A stretch of DNA of 40,647 bases from a virus. The stretch lies in the UHGV virus genome UHGV-0183130; one strand, given 5' to 3'. This document shows, piece by piece, positions 27,623-35,963 of the stretch. A model generated the notes under the pieces. It was not told the origin of the DNA. It worked only from the letters and a program-made list of their open reading frames with translations, and made no database searches. The position numbers and the translations under genes were made by a program. Numbering within the stretch: the stretch's first letter is position 1; each line of letters starts with the position of its first letter.

Positions 27623-28305
27623 GCCGCCTGCCCCCCTGCAATATGTTCAGCCCACAAACCACCAATCCAGCGTACTCCCTTGGCAGTGAAACGCGTCTGG
27701 CTAAATGCGTGATTGGATGTGTTCGATGTTCCCGTCTTAACTTCAAATCTTCCTGCGGAAATGTGCTGCGCCATAGGGGTAAGTGTGCCGCCGAGGCGAT
27801 ACAGGATATTGCGTTCAATAAGGAACAGGCGGAACTCAGTTTCTTTTGCGTTGAGCAATTTGGCTACCTGCCGGAATGACATGGAGCCTTTTGCAGAGCA
27901 ATAACGATCAACAAACTCCACTTTTGGCGCCGCAGCTGCCAGCTGGATGGTCAGTTGCTCTTTCTGCTCGGCTAAATCAGCAGCCAGGCGAAGCGCTTCC
28001 GGCAATGAGCGGGGAACACTGACACTCTGCCCTTCTTCCAGTTCCTGCCACCGATCAACAACCGCAGCGGTAAATTCTGGTGACAGTCTGGCAACAATCA
28101 CCAGAGAGTCGCGTTTGTTAAAACGATACTCCTGGTAAACATTGCCGTTATGCTCAAAATCGAACTGCGCCAACGGCGCGGTTAAAATTCCCGCAGCAAC
28201 AAGACGCTCAGCCGAGCGTTTCACGTCACTGTGTTTACTCTGAACCAGATCCGCAATATCACGGCTGGACATTGTTACTACACCATTCACGATTAACTGG
28301 CTCAT
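27619..28305 (-). CDS. Rha-family phage regulatory protein / antirepressor
   Basis: Start at ATG 28305 (SD GGAG); N-terminus LIVNGVVTMSSRDIADLVQSKHSDVKRSAERL fits Rha N-domains; C-terminal half resembles antirepressor C-domains. Confidence 0.6.
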   Translation of the reverse strand: MSQLIVNGVVTMSSRDIADLVQSKHSDVKRSAERLVAAGILTAPLAQFDFEHNGNVYQEYRFNKRDSLVIVARLSPEFTAAVVDRWQELEEGQSVSVPRSLPEALRLAADLAEQKEQLTIQLAAAAPKVEFVDRYCSAKGSMSFRQVAKLLNAKETEFRLFLIERNILYRLGGTLTPMAQHISAGRFEVKTGTSNTSNHAFSQTRFTAKGVRWIGGLWAEHIAGGQAA

Positions 28306-28318
28306 ACTTTTCTCCATA

Positions 28319-28705
28319 TCAGGCGGCTGCACCCGCCGGTTCATATCTGCTGATCGTTATCTCTACCCGACCTTTCGGCACTACGGGTCCCCATTCCACC
28401 AGCATGCGCTTAATCTGGCTGTCGTCTTCCCAGACACCCGCATGCGTCAGCGCGTCAAACAGGGCTTTGTTGTAATTATCGATATCCCGGCGGCGCGCAT
28501 CCGGCGGGTACAGAGTGATTTCTACCGCTGCCAGTTCAGTCGATGGCTTCGGGAGACGTCGTAATTGCTCAATGATCGCCACGCAGGCAGCGCTCTGGTA
28601 TTTACGGCCATCAGCGCTAATGAGGTGACGACCGGCCAGCGGCCCCTTGTTAGGGGCGCGCCAGTAGGTGTTCACGCTCGGAGGGAACGGGAGCACAAGT
28701 TTCAT
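28319..28705 (-). CDS. rusA: Holliday junction resolvase RusA
   Basis: Start at ATG 28705 (SD AGGAGG): MKLVLPFPPSVNTYWR ... DARRRDIDNYNKALFDALTHAGVWEDDSQI parallels E. coli RusA. Confidence 0.75.
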   Translation of the reverse strand: MKLVLPFPPSVNTYWRAPNKGPLAGRHLISADGRKYQSAACVAIIEQLRRLPKPSTELAAVEITLYPPDARRRDIDNYNKALFDALTHAGVWEDDSQIKRMLVEWGPVVPKGRVEITISRYEPAGAAA

Positions 28706-30591
28706 GCCACCTCCTGATGTTGCACTGCACACAGTTCCGGAAGATTTGCCTCCACCAGCGCCCTGGCGAATGGTGGTGGTACCGCATTACCACAGCGGGC
28801 TACCTGCTTATCTTTTGCATAGCGATTTCCACGGTAGTCCTGATCAATAACGTATCCATCCGGGAAGCCCTGCGCTTTGTAGAGTTCATGCGGCTGCAAC
28901 ATGCGCATTCCGATATCAACGATCTGGTATTTAACCCCATCGATCGTTACCAGCCATTCATCGTCACTTTCCCCGCAATACGTCTCGAGAAATGTGCGTA
29001 CCTCACCCACGTGTTGGCCACCAGAGGTGATTGTTGGCATGGGCACATCAAGACGTTGCCCGTCGCGGCATGTTCCACGCAGTTTCACCAAATGAGAGGC
29101 AACAACCGCATGATGATCGACAGTGGTCACTGAGTGTGCGGGTTCATCCATACTGACACCCGGTCCCGTATAGTTACCGCCGTAGTGTTTAGCCAGAAAC
29201 GCGCCCACCAATTGTGATTTACCTCCACCACCAGCTGTAATTGTGGCGCTCGGTTCGTCTGCCCGGTGGCCGACGCTGGCCCCAAACTGGCGGGCTATCA
29301 CTGGCGCAACAAGACAGGCGCGGGATTGCTTCATAATGGTATGAGCAGGTTTATCCAGCGGGCGCGGTTTAGCCTGGTATTCACTACCACCATTACCCGC
29401 CAGGAATGGCGTCAGTGCAGCCTCAACAATCCCGAGTGCATGCCCATTCCCACCCGGGCGTTTTGACGTGCCAGCGGTTACCGTCGGGACAGGTTCGGTA
29501 ACGGGCTGCCCGGTTGCCCCAGTGCGGAATTTTGTCAGGTGTGGAACAGCTAACGCGTAACCGTGGGTTTTAGTAATAGTTTGCAAAGGCTCGTCCAGCT
29601 TCTGACCACGGAAACAGTCGTAACTCGTTTTGGTGCTGGTGTGATTGCACTTCACGATAAACGGCGACGCACTTTCGATAACAAAGCGCTGTATGCCGCG
29701 CGCGATCCGCTTCAGCGTGTTCTCCGCCAGCGTTTTTTTGCGGTCGAAGATGGACAGGGCCGGAACATTCCAGTCGATACATTCCGCAGCGGTACGCCAT
29801 GGCATCAGCCTGCCGCTCTGCACCTCCAGAGACTTAGGATCCCCATGGGTAACTGCAGGCCACTGGATTGGGCAGCCATCGCAGCGCATAACCATGAAGA
29901 AGCGTTTGCGGATCGTCGGCGCGCCGTAATCACACGCGCGTAGTTCGCGATAATCAACATCATATCCAAGCCCATCCACCAGCTTTTGCGCCTGCTCGCT
30001 ACCTCTTTCGATAGACAGAAACTCACAAACCTCAGCCAGTGCCGGGTGATCAGCAGGAATACCAGTGGATAGCATGCCGACAAATGCCTCAAATGTTTCA
30101 CCAGCTCGTGCCGGATCCGGACGCTGCGCATCATAAGGCGGTATAACTGGGCCAACAAATGCAGCCAAATCATCCCCCACCAGATTGGGATTTTGTGGCT
30201 CAGCTGGTAATAGCGGTCCCCACGTTTTGAACTCTTCCACGTTCTCCAGCATCATCACGCGCGGTCGCTTTGCCAGTGCCCAACGCAGAACAATCCAGGC
30301 CAGACCGCGTATCTCTTTTTTCACAGGCTTGGCGCCTTTTGCCTTCGAGAAGTGTCGGCAGTCCGGGCTAAACCATGCCAGGCCGACAGGATTACCTCCG
30401 GTGGCGGCTACCGGATCCACGTCAAATACGGATTCGCAGTAATGCAGTGTTTCCGGGTGATTCGTCTTGTGCATCGCAATGGCGTTTTCGTCGTGGTTGA
30501 TCGCAATATCCACGCTGCGTCCGATCGCCAGTTCAATACCCGTTGATGCGCCACCGCCACCAGCAAAGTTATCAACGATAATCTCACGCAT
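28702..30591 (-). CDS. DNA (cytosine-5)-methyltransferase, orphan, with large extra region
   Basis: 629 aa; motif I-like DNFAGGGGASTG, PC-motif-like SPDCRHFSKAKG, ENV motif (MLENVEEF); no adjacent restriction endonuclease candidate. Confidence 0.7.
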   Translation of the reverse strand: MREIIVDNFAGGGGASTGIELAIGRSVDIAINHDENAIAMHKTNHPETLHYCESVFDVDPVAATGGNPVGLAWFSPDCRHFSKAKGAKPVKKEIRGLAWIVLRWALAKRPRVMMLENVEEFKTWGPLLPAEPQNPNLVGDDLAAFVGPVIPPYDAQRPDPARAGETFEAFVGMLSTGIPADHPALAEVCEFLSIERGSEQAQKLVDGLGYDVDYRELRACDYGAPTIRKRFFMVMRCDGCPIQWPAVTHGDPKSLEVQSGRLMPWRTAAECIDWNVPALSIFDRKKTLAENTLKRIARGIQRFVIESASPFIVKCNHTSTKTSYDCFRGQKLDEPLQTITKTHGYALAVPHLTKFRTGATGQPVTEPVPTVTAGTSKRPGGNGHALGIVEAALTPFLAGNGGSEYQAKPRPLDKPAHTIMKQSRACLVAPVIARQFGASVGHRADEPSATITAGGGGKSQLVGAFLAKHYGGNYTGPGVSMDEPAHSVTTVDHHAVVASHLVKLRGTCRDGQRLDVPMPTITSGGQHVGEVRTFLETYCGESDDEWLVTIDGVKYQIVDIGMRMLQPHELYKAQGFPDGYVIDQDYRGNRYAKDKQVARCGNAVPPPFARALVEANLPELCAVQHQEVA

Positions 30592-31465
30592 GGGTTACCC
30601 CCTGCATGCTGCCGACAAGACCACGCGCAATTGTGATAATTTCGCTGGTGGCCGTTCGTTCCAGCCAGAGTTGATTGATGTTGGCTTTCAGCTTGTTCTG
30701 CTGAGCCTCACTCAATACGTCAACGCCTTCCACCTGGTTAAACACCAGACCAACCTCGAGAGGCCAGATACGTGACTCAGTTTCCGATGGTATGACTGGC
30801 TCCTGGGGTGCTCGCATTGCAATTGTCGGCTCTTTGCCAACAGCGAATTGAGCCAGCGCCATAAATGCCCGACCTTTTGCCTCCAGTTCTGTGCGGTTGA
30901 TATAGCTGAACCGCTCACCACGCCATGACTTATCGAATACAGCTATGGCACCGGCAAAAAACGCGCTGGTGGGCTTCTGTTTTTCGTCAGCAGGTACAAA
31001 CCACACTGGCAGATCGAACCCAATGCGCCCGCGAATGAATACAATGTGATCGGCATCTTCCGGCCACCACGTTTCACTTGGCGCGGCTTTTATCAGGAAT
31101 ACATAGCGACCGCCCTTCTCGCACTGGGCTGCTGCGTACTTCATGATGTGCGTCATACCAGTGATCGCCTGTTTCTCGTGGTACTGCGAACGGCTATACG
31201 GTGGGTTGCCATAACCTGCGCCACCCAGTTCTGCCAGACGTTCAGACCAGTCCTGGGTCAGCGCGTTATCTTCGGCGGTGTACCATGCCGGGCATTTCGC
31301 GTTGTCGTCGTCAGCAAACAAATCCAGAACTAATGGACCAAATAGCGCGTTGATCCCCCAAAACAGCAGATCCGGTGTTCGCCACTGATCGCCAACTTCT
31401 TTCAATTCGTGAGCTGGTTTACTGCGCAGTTCTGCCAGCGACTGGCAATATTTATTTGGCATCAT
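30584..31465 (-). CDS. Phage-type DNA N6-adenine methyltransferase (Dam-like), orphan
   Basis: 293 aa; catalytic NPPY motif (GYGNPPYSRSQ); overlaps downstream MTase start by 8 nt. Confidence 0.65.
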   Translation of the reverse strand: MMPNKYCQSLAELRSKPAHELKEVGDQWRTPDLLFWGINALFGPLVLDLFADDDNAKCPAWYTAEDNALTQDWSERLAELGGAGYGNPPYSRSQYHEKQAITGMTHIMKYAAAQCEKGGRYVFLIKAAPSETWWPEDADHIVFIRGRIGFDLPVWFVPADEKQKPTSAFFAGAIAVFDKSWRGERFSYINRTELEAKGRAFMALAQFAVGKEPTIAMRAPQEPVIPSETESRIWPLEVGLVFNQVEGVDVLSEAQQNKLKANINQLWLERTATSEIITIARGLVGSMQGVTHA

Positions 31466-32328
31466 GAGCGGAACCCCGAATGTTCTGGAAGTGAGTAGTC
31501 AACATTTTGGAAGCTTGCGCGGCTGGCTGAGTTAGCCGTCCATTTACCGTTAACGCGCTCAGGTCGCCCAGCGGCAGACCATTTGGTCGCGCTTTGCAGG
31601 TAACCAGGGAAGTTTTTTGGAATAAACAGAGTTGCCGGACGGAGATATTGAGCCTGCTCGCTATCACGCCAATCAGCGTTTTTGTAATCCACCACAAGGC
31701 ACAGATCATCAACAGTGAACCGTTCCCGCAGACGGGCACGAATGTTCTCCAGCGACGTGCTGCATACCTGATAGCGTGAACCAGTTGTCTGGTTCAGGTA
31801 AGACAAAACCTGTCTGGCCTGATCAGTAATCACAATCTCAGGGTCGGGTTGCGCCGCAACCGGACAAGAGGGTTTTGAAGTTACTTGTGGATCTTGTGTT
31901 GATTTTACTGACGGATCCCCGCCAGATTCTGACGGGTCAAAACCGCCGTTTTTGCCAGATTTCGACGGGTCAGTTTTTGAGGCGTCAAATTTTGATGCGT
32001 CAGATTTTGACGTGTCAGAATCTGACAGTTGAGAAAATGCGGCAGCCTGAAGTTTCGCCACATTCAGGCGGTACACGTTCGAAGCATTACGGTTACCATT
32101 ACGGCGCTGTGTGCGCGTGAGCCAGCCATCTTTTTCAAGCTTTGCGATTGCCGTTCTGATAGTGCTCGGCCCTGCGCCAAGCTGGCGAGCAATAGTTTCA
32201 ATGGACGGCCAGCACACACCTTCATCGCTGCTGAAATCAGCAAGGCGAGCCATGATCGCGACACTAGACAACTTCATGCCCGACGCTGCGCAACCATCCC
32301 ATACGTAGCCGGTTAATTTAGTGCTCAT
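31462..32328 (-). CDS. Replication initiation protein (lambda O-like), iterons inside its coding sequence
   Basis: 288 aa; N-terminal winged-HTH-like region, repetitive linker (SDSDTSKSDASKFDASKTDPSKSG) encoded by DNA iterons, conserved-looking C-terminal domain. Confidence 0.65.
   Translation of the reverse strand: MSTKLTGYVWDGCAASGMKLSSVAIMARLADFSSDEGVCWPSIETIARQLGAGPSTIRTAIAKLEKDGWLTRTQRRNGNRNASNVYRLNVAKLQAAAFSQLSDSDTSKSDASKFDASKTDPSKSGKNGGFDPSESGGDPSVKSTQDPQVTSKPSCPVAAQPDPEIVITDQARQVLSYLNQTTGSRYQVCSTSLENIRARLRERFTVDDLCLVVDYKNADWRDSEQAQYLRPATLFIPKNFPGYLQSATKWSAAGRPERVNGKWTANSASRASFQNVDYSLPEHSGFRS
31900..32030. repeat. Origin iterons (putative ori) within the O-like gene
   Basis: Six to seven tandem copies of a roughly 15-17 bp unit related to AGATTTTGACGNGTC (e.g. 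ccagattctgacgggtc, ccagatttcgacgggtc, aaattttgatgcgtc, agattttgacgtgtc, agaatctgacag). Confidence 0.6.
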
Positions 32329-32337
32329 GATCGTCCG

Positions 32338-32664
32338 TTATCTCCCTGAACTTTTGCCTGAAATGCTCAAGTGGGCTGAAGCATTCGTGCGGGTAGCCAT
32401 CACGCAGATAGATAACGCGCTGTGTTTCTGGCTCCCAGCGGATAACACGGACTGGCACTCCGCGGTTGTCTTTGAACCTTCGATTAAGTTCGCGCACAGG
32501 CGTTTTGCCCTCCGGTTGTAGACCCCCACAATTGAAACCGCCCTACTGTGGTTACACGGAACCCAGCGGTTTGATAATCTGCGTTCATACCGAAACAACG
32601 GAGTACCCGAAACCGGGATCATCCTGAGTTGCGGTAGACGGTCAAAAGCCGTTAAACTGCTCAT
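32338..32664 (-). CDS. Hypothetical ORF between the CII-position gene and the O-like gene (uncertain)
   Basis: 108-codon minus ORF from ATG 32664, 6 nt after the upstream stop, ending 10 nt before the O-like ATG; atypical Ser/Arg-rich composition, weak SD; competing plus-strand ORF 32321-32521. Confidence 0.25.
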   Translation of the reverse strand: MSSLTAFDRLPQLRMIPVSGTPLFRYERRLSNRWVPCNHSRAVSIVGVYNRRAKRLCANLIEGSKTTAECQSVLSAGSQKHSALSICVMATRTNASAHLSISGKSSGR

Positions 32665-32669
32665 GCGGA

Positions 32670-33221
32670 TTATTTCTCCATACTCGAAGAGTTGTTCGCC
32701 AAGGCGCCCGGAGCTGCACACTCGCGGGCGTCACTCTTTTCAGCGACACAAAAAACTCGATACAGAAGCGTTACGTGCTCCTGGAACTTAGCGATAACCT
32801 GATAGCTGTTTTCCTCAATCTGACCACGCTCATCTGCGTCAATTACCCCATCAGCCGTGGCTTTACGTACAAAATTCGAATGACGGCCTATCCATTCGAT
32901 GGACTCCATCAGGCGCTGATTTATATCGGCGTTATCCAGATCATCAACATCTGCCAGTGGTACAAATACGCCCTGAGAATGGCGCGCAACGGCATCAGCG
33001 ATATGAGTTGAACCACCAGCACGTTGTAAAACCATTGCCCAGCCCAGTGGGAAGATCTGGTCGCCGTCAACACGAAGGCGGTTAAACAATGCGTTCTCTG
33101 TCACGCCCAACCATTCCGCCGCCTCGGCATAACCACCAGGTAGATCGGTGATCGTTTTTTTTATCGCCGCTACCAGCCAGGCTGGCTGACGTTCGACTTT
33201 CCAAATAGGTTCGTTACCCAC
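32670..33221 (-). CDS. CII-position HTH regulatory protein (YdaT/CII-like), function uncertain
   Basis: 183 aa immediately after cro; GTG start with AAGGAG SD; HTH-like segment GGYAEAAEWLGVTENALFNRLR. Confidence 0.4.
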   Translation of the reverse strand: MGNEPIWKVERQPAWLVAAIKKTITDLPGGYAEAAEWLGVTENALFNRLRVDGDQIFPLGWAMVLQRAGGSTHIADAVARHSQGVFVPLADVDDLDNADINQRLMESIEWIGRHSNFVRKATADGVIDADERGQIEENSYQVIAKFQEHVTLLYRVFCVAEKSDARECAAPGALANNSSSMEK

Positions 33222-33243
33222 GGCTTACTCCTTTTTCCTGTGG

Positions 33244-33447
33244 TTACTGGTTAGCAGATACGCCTGTAACCTTGTGATATAGGGATGCGTCATACTTAAG
33301 TTTCCCATTAGTAATTCTCTCTATTACGAAGGCTTGCTTCTCAGGGATGACCTTTCCCCAACGACATACGGCAGGGTGTGAGATATTCAAAGCAACAGCG
33401 GTTTTAGAGATACCGCCAAAATGCTTTACGACTTCGGACTTATACAT
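33244..33447 (-). CDS. cro: Cro-like HTH repressor
   Basis: 67 aa, divergent from cI across the operator region; HTH-like SKTAVALNISHPAVCRWGK; SD GGAGG. Confidence 0.65.
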   Translation of the reverse strand: MYKSEVVKHFGGISKTAVALNISHPAVCRWGKVIPEKQAFVIERITNGKLKYDASLYHKVTGVSANQ

Positions 33448-33539
33448 AGTTCCTCCGGTGTGATGAATGAACCAAAGGTAACAAAAGGTACATTAAATAG
33501 CAAACAACAGTTACAAGCAAAGGGTGTAACATTGGTTAC
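33448..33539. promoter_or_regulatory. Right operator / divergent promoter region (OR, pR and pRM candidates)
   Basis: Contains AAAGGTAACAAAAGGTACATT (33474-33494), a motif repeated twice downstream of cI, and perfect palindrome GTAACATTGGTTAC (33526-33539) abutting the cI ATG (short-leader cI message possible). Confidence 0.55.
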
Positions 33540-34199
33540 ATGAAAACAGAGATGAAAGACCGCATCAGATCCAGACGAATCCAGCTGGATATAACCCAAT
33601 TAGCACTGGCTAAAAAGCTTGGTGTAAGCCGTGTATCGGTTACAAAATGGGAAAACGGCACGACAAAGCCTGATGGTGAGAACCTTCACCAGTTGGCTCA
33701 GGCTCTATCAACAACACCAGAGTGGATACTCTATGGAAGCGGTGATGAGGCCATTGACGACACGCGCGTCGTGCCTTTTTTGAAACCCCCTGTAGCTGTA
33801 CCGATCATATCGGCAGTTCAAGCCGGTTTATGGACGGATAGCTATGCCTGCTCAAGACTTACAGACGTGATTTCCTGGACTCAAACAACTGCAAATGTAT
33901 CGGATGAAGCGTTTGGGTTAGTAGTCCGCGGTGAGTCGATGACTAACCCGCAAGGACTTCCATCTATACCAGAAGGTTCTATTGTTATAGTCGAGCCCCA
34001 TTATGGGCAGCTTGATGATCTATATGGGAAAATAGTCGTTGCTATATTGGATGGGACATCAGAAGCAACGGTTAAAAAATTAGTTTGGGATAGCCCCTAC
34101 TCATACCTAATGCCACTGAATCCGTTATTTAAGCCAATCCAAATTGATGGTAACTGTCGCATTGTCGGAAAAGTTGTACAAATCACTCAAAACATTTAA
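33540..34199 (+). CDS. cI: CI-like repressor (HTH_XRE N-domain plus LexA/S24 autopeptidase C-domain)
   Basis: 219 aa; N-terminal HTH (ITQLALAKKLGVSRVSVTKWENG), C-terminal S24 features (VRGESM serine region, KK pair); divergent from cro. Confidence 0.85.
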   Translation: MKTEMKDRIRSRRIQLDITQLALAKKLGVSRVSVTKWENGTTKPDGENLHQLAQALSTTPEWILYGSGDEAIDDTRVVPFLKPPVAVPIISAVQAGLWTDSYACSRLTDVISWTQTTANVSDEAFGLVVRGESMTNPQGLPSIPEGSIVIVEPHYGQLDDLYGKIVVAILDGTSEATVKKLVWDSPYSYLMPLNPLFKPIQIDGNCRIVGKVVQITQNI

Positions 34200-34213
34200 T
34201 CCCTTCAAAATTA

Positions 34214-34240
34214 AGAGCCGAGCATAGCCTCGGCTTTTTT
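34214..34240 (+). terminator. Rho-independent terminator after cI
   Basis: AGAGCCGAG-CAUAGC-CUCGGCU hairpin (7-bp stem) followed by UUUUUU, 15 nt after the cI stop. Confidence 0.65.
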
Positions 34241-34244
34241 ACAT

Positions 34245-34340
34245 TCCCAAAGGTAACATAAAGTACATTACTCGCTTGACCGCAAAGGTAACTAAAGGTA
34301 CATTTAAATCATCAAACGTAATCATTGGTACGTTTGGTGA
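34245..34340. promoter_or_regulatory. Left operator region (OL) with candidate pL
   Basis: Two further copies of the OR motif (AAAGGTAACATAAAGTACATT 34249-34269; AAAGGTAACTAAAGGTACATT 34284-34304) plus GTAATCATTGGTAC; candidate -35 TTGACC (34276-34281) and -10 TACATT (34299-34304) with 17-bp spacer. Confidence 0.5.
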
Positions 34341-34367
34341 GGATAACAAATGCCTTGTACCACTATT

Positions 34368-34415
34368 CTGGCGGCCCGGTGTTTTCCCACTTGTCCGGTA
34401 ACCGCCAGCCTTTTT
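34368..34415 (+). promoter_or_regulatory. Structured leader hairpin with U-tract just downstream of candidate pL
   Basis: CTGGCGG (34368-34374) pairs with CCGCCAG (34402-34408) around an inner CCGG/CCGG stem, followed by CCTTTTTC; lies inside a doubtful 77-aa ORF (34350-34583). Confidence 0.4.
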
Positions 34416-34579
34416 CAAGGCACAACAGAAAAGGGCATCACCGGGCGACGGGCTCATAACCCAATCCACCCGGGCAAAAAGAAAGCGGTCTCTGCAAGCC
34501 GCCGACCAATGCAGGTGCCCTTCTCTGTTGTGTATGGAGAAAGTTCGGCGGTTGCAGCCGCCTTAACGAGGGTAAAACC

Positions 34580-34951
34580 ATGAGTAATGACCGCATGACC
34601 GTAGTGCCAGATTTTCTTGGCGAACTGGATGCCGGCGTGTTCATGAACAAAATCGCGGCAGCACTTAATACTACCGCGCTTGGCGTTCTGAACAACGGCA
34701 ACAAAGGCAAAGTAGTCCTCACATTTGATTTTGAGCGTATGGGTAATTCCGTTGAAGAGAAGCGCGTGAAGATCAAGCACAAGCTGAACTACAGCACCCC
34801 GACACCGCGTGGTAAAGCCTCCGAAGAGGACACAACCGAAACCCCGATGTGGGTCAACAAAGGCGGGAAGCTAACCATCCTGCAGGAAGATCAGGGTCAG
34901 CTGTTCGGGATCACTGGCGCGGTGGATGGAAAGCTTAAAGCGGCACAGTGA
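34580..34951 (+). CDS. Hypothetical early protein (YfdP-like by size and position)
   Basis: 123 aa, SD GAGGG; first convincing gene of the early-left operon; no N-like arginine-rich motif recognised. Confidence 0.5.
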   Translation: MSNDRMTVVPDFLGELDAGVFMNKIAAALNTTALGVLNNGNKGKVVLTFDFERMGNSVEEKRVKIKHKLNYSTPTPRGKASEEDTTETPMWVNKGGKLTILQEDQGQLFGITGAVDGKLKAAQ

Positions 34952-35007
34952 TCCGCAACAACAAACTCACTGATACCACTTTGATCATCAGTTAATAAGG
35001 AATTTTT

Positions 35008-35835
35008 ATGTCTCAGTTAGACAGCGGTACCTTCAAGCAGGTCAAAGACCTGGTTCTTTCAGGTTATCACCTGAATGATATTCATGGCCTGGCTTGCCCG
35101 ACCGCATTGCTGCCAGATGGTACTGGCGTTGAAAGCCTTGAGCGCTTTTCTCTGGAGCGTTTCCGCTTTCGTGGCGCAATGACCACAACCAGTATTGACG
35201 ACTTCGCACGTTATTCTAAAGGTTACGCCAGCGACAGTGAGCCAGCTCGTTGCTTCATTGACGCTGACAATATGACCGCCCGTTCAGTGTTCAACATCGG
35301 CACCCTGGATAATCCCGGTCACGCCGATAACGTTGCTTCAATCACCCTGAAGAAAACCGCCCCGTTCCGCGCGTTACTGCAGATCGATGGTCAACGTCTG
35401 AAGCAAAAGCAAATTGCTGAATGGCTGGAAGACTGGAGTGATTACCTGCTGGCGTTTGATGCCGATGGTAATACGATGCAGATTTCCCAGGCGGCTCAGG
35501 CAGTGCGTCGTATCACCATTCAACAAGCAACCCAGCAGGACCATGAAACTAGTGATTTCGCTGGTAAAAAATCCCTGATGCAAAGCGTTGAAGCAAGCAG
35601 CAAAGACGTAATGCCTGTGGCATTCGAGTTCAAATGTGTGCCGTATGAAGGTCTGGGCGAACGCCGCTTTAGCTTGCGTAACAGCCTGCTGACCAGCGAT
35701 GAACCCTGCTTTGTTCTGCGCATCATCCAACTTGAAGCCCAGGAAGAAGAGATCGCCAACGAATTCCGCGATTTGCTGATCAGCAAGTTCGACGGTGAAT
35801 CAGTGGAAACTTTCATCGGTAACTTTAAAGCCTAA
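35008..35835 (+). CDS. DUF2303-family protein (YfdQ-like)
   Basis: 275 aa with AAGGA SD; size and neighbourhood (before an HD-domain YfdR-like gene) match the yfdQ-yfdR pair recalled from E. coli prophage CPS-53. Confidence 0.5.
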   Translation: MSQLDSGTFKQVKDLVLSGYHLNDIHGLACPTALLPDGTGVESLERFSLERFRFRGAMTTTSIDDFARYSKGYASDSEPARCFIDADNMTARSVFNIGTLDNPGHADNVASITLKKTAPFRALLQIDGQRLKQKQIAEWLEDWSDYLLAFDADGNTMQISQAAQAVRRITIQQATQQDHETSDFAGKKSLMQSVEASSKDVMPVAFEFKCVPYEGLGERRFSLRNSLLTSDEPCFVLRIIQLEAQEEEIANEFRDLLISKFDGESVETFIGNFKA

Positions 35836-35847
35836 TTGCTCTGCATT

Positions 35848-35871
35848 AAATCCCCGGCGCCGCGGGGATTT
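35848..35871 (+). terminator. Strong hairpin (possible terminator/attenuator) after the YfdQ-like gene
   Basis: AAAUCCCCGG-CGCC-GCGGGGAUUU, 10-bp stem, followed by AUUG; weak U-tract, so termination efficiency is uncertain. Confidence 0.45.
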
Positions 35872-35963
35872 ATTGAAGCGTAATTCCATTAATTATCGCC
35901 AACCGGCGAGGGATTCGTGCAACCAAAATCTGCGCGGTGCAGCGCGCCAATATGGAGAAAACC

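Noticed and set aside
34350-34583. 77-aa plus ORF as an N-like antiterminator
   Set aside because: Has a decent SD but its N-terminus lacks an arginine-rich motif and the ORF is mostly covered by a strong RNA hairpin; kept as uncertain rather than called N.
34438-34782. Two overlapping minus-strand ORFs (114 and 108 aa)
   Set aside because: Antisense to the early-left leader and the YfdP-like gene; no promoter context in this orientation.
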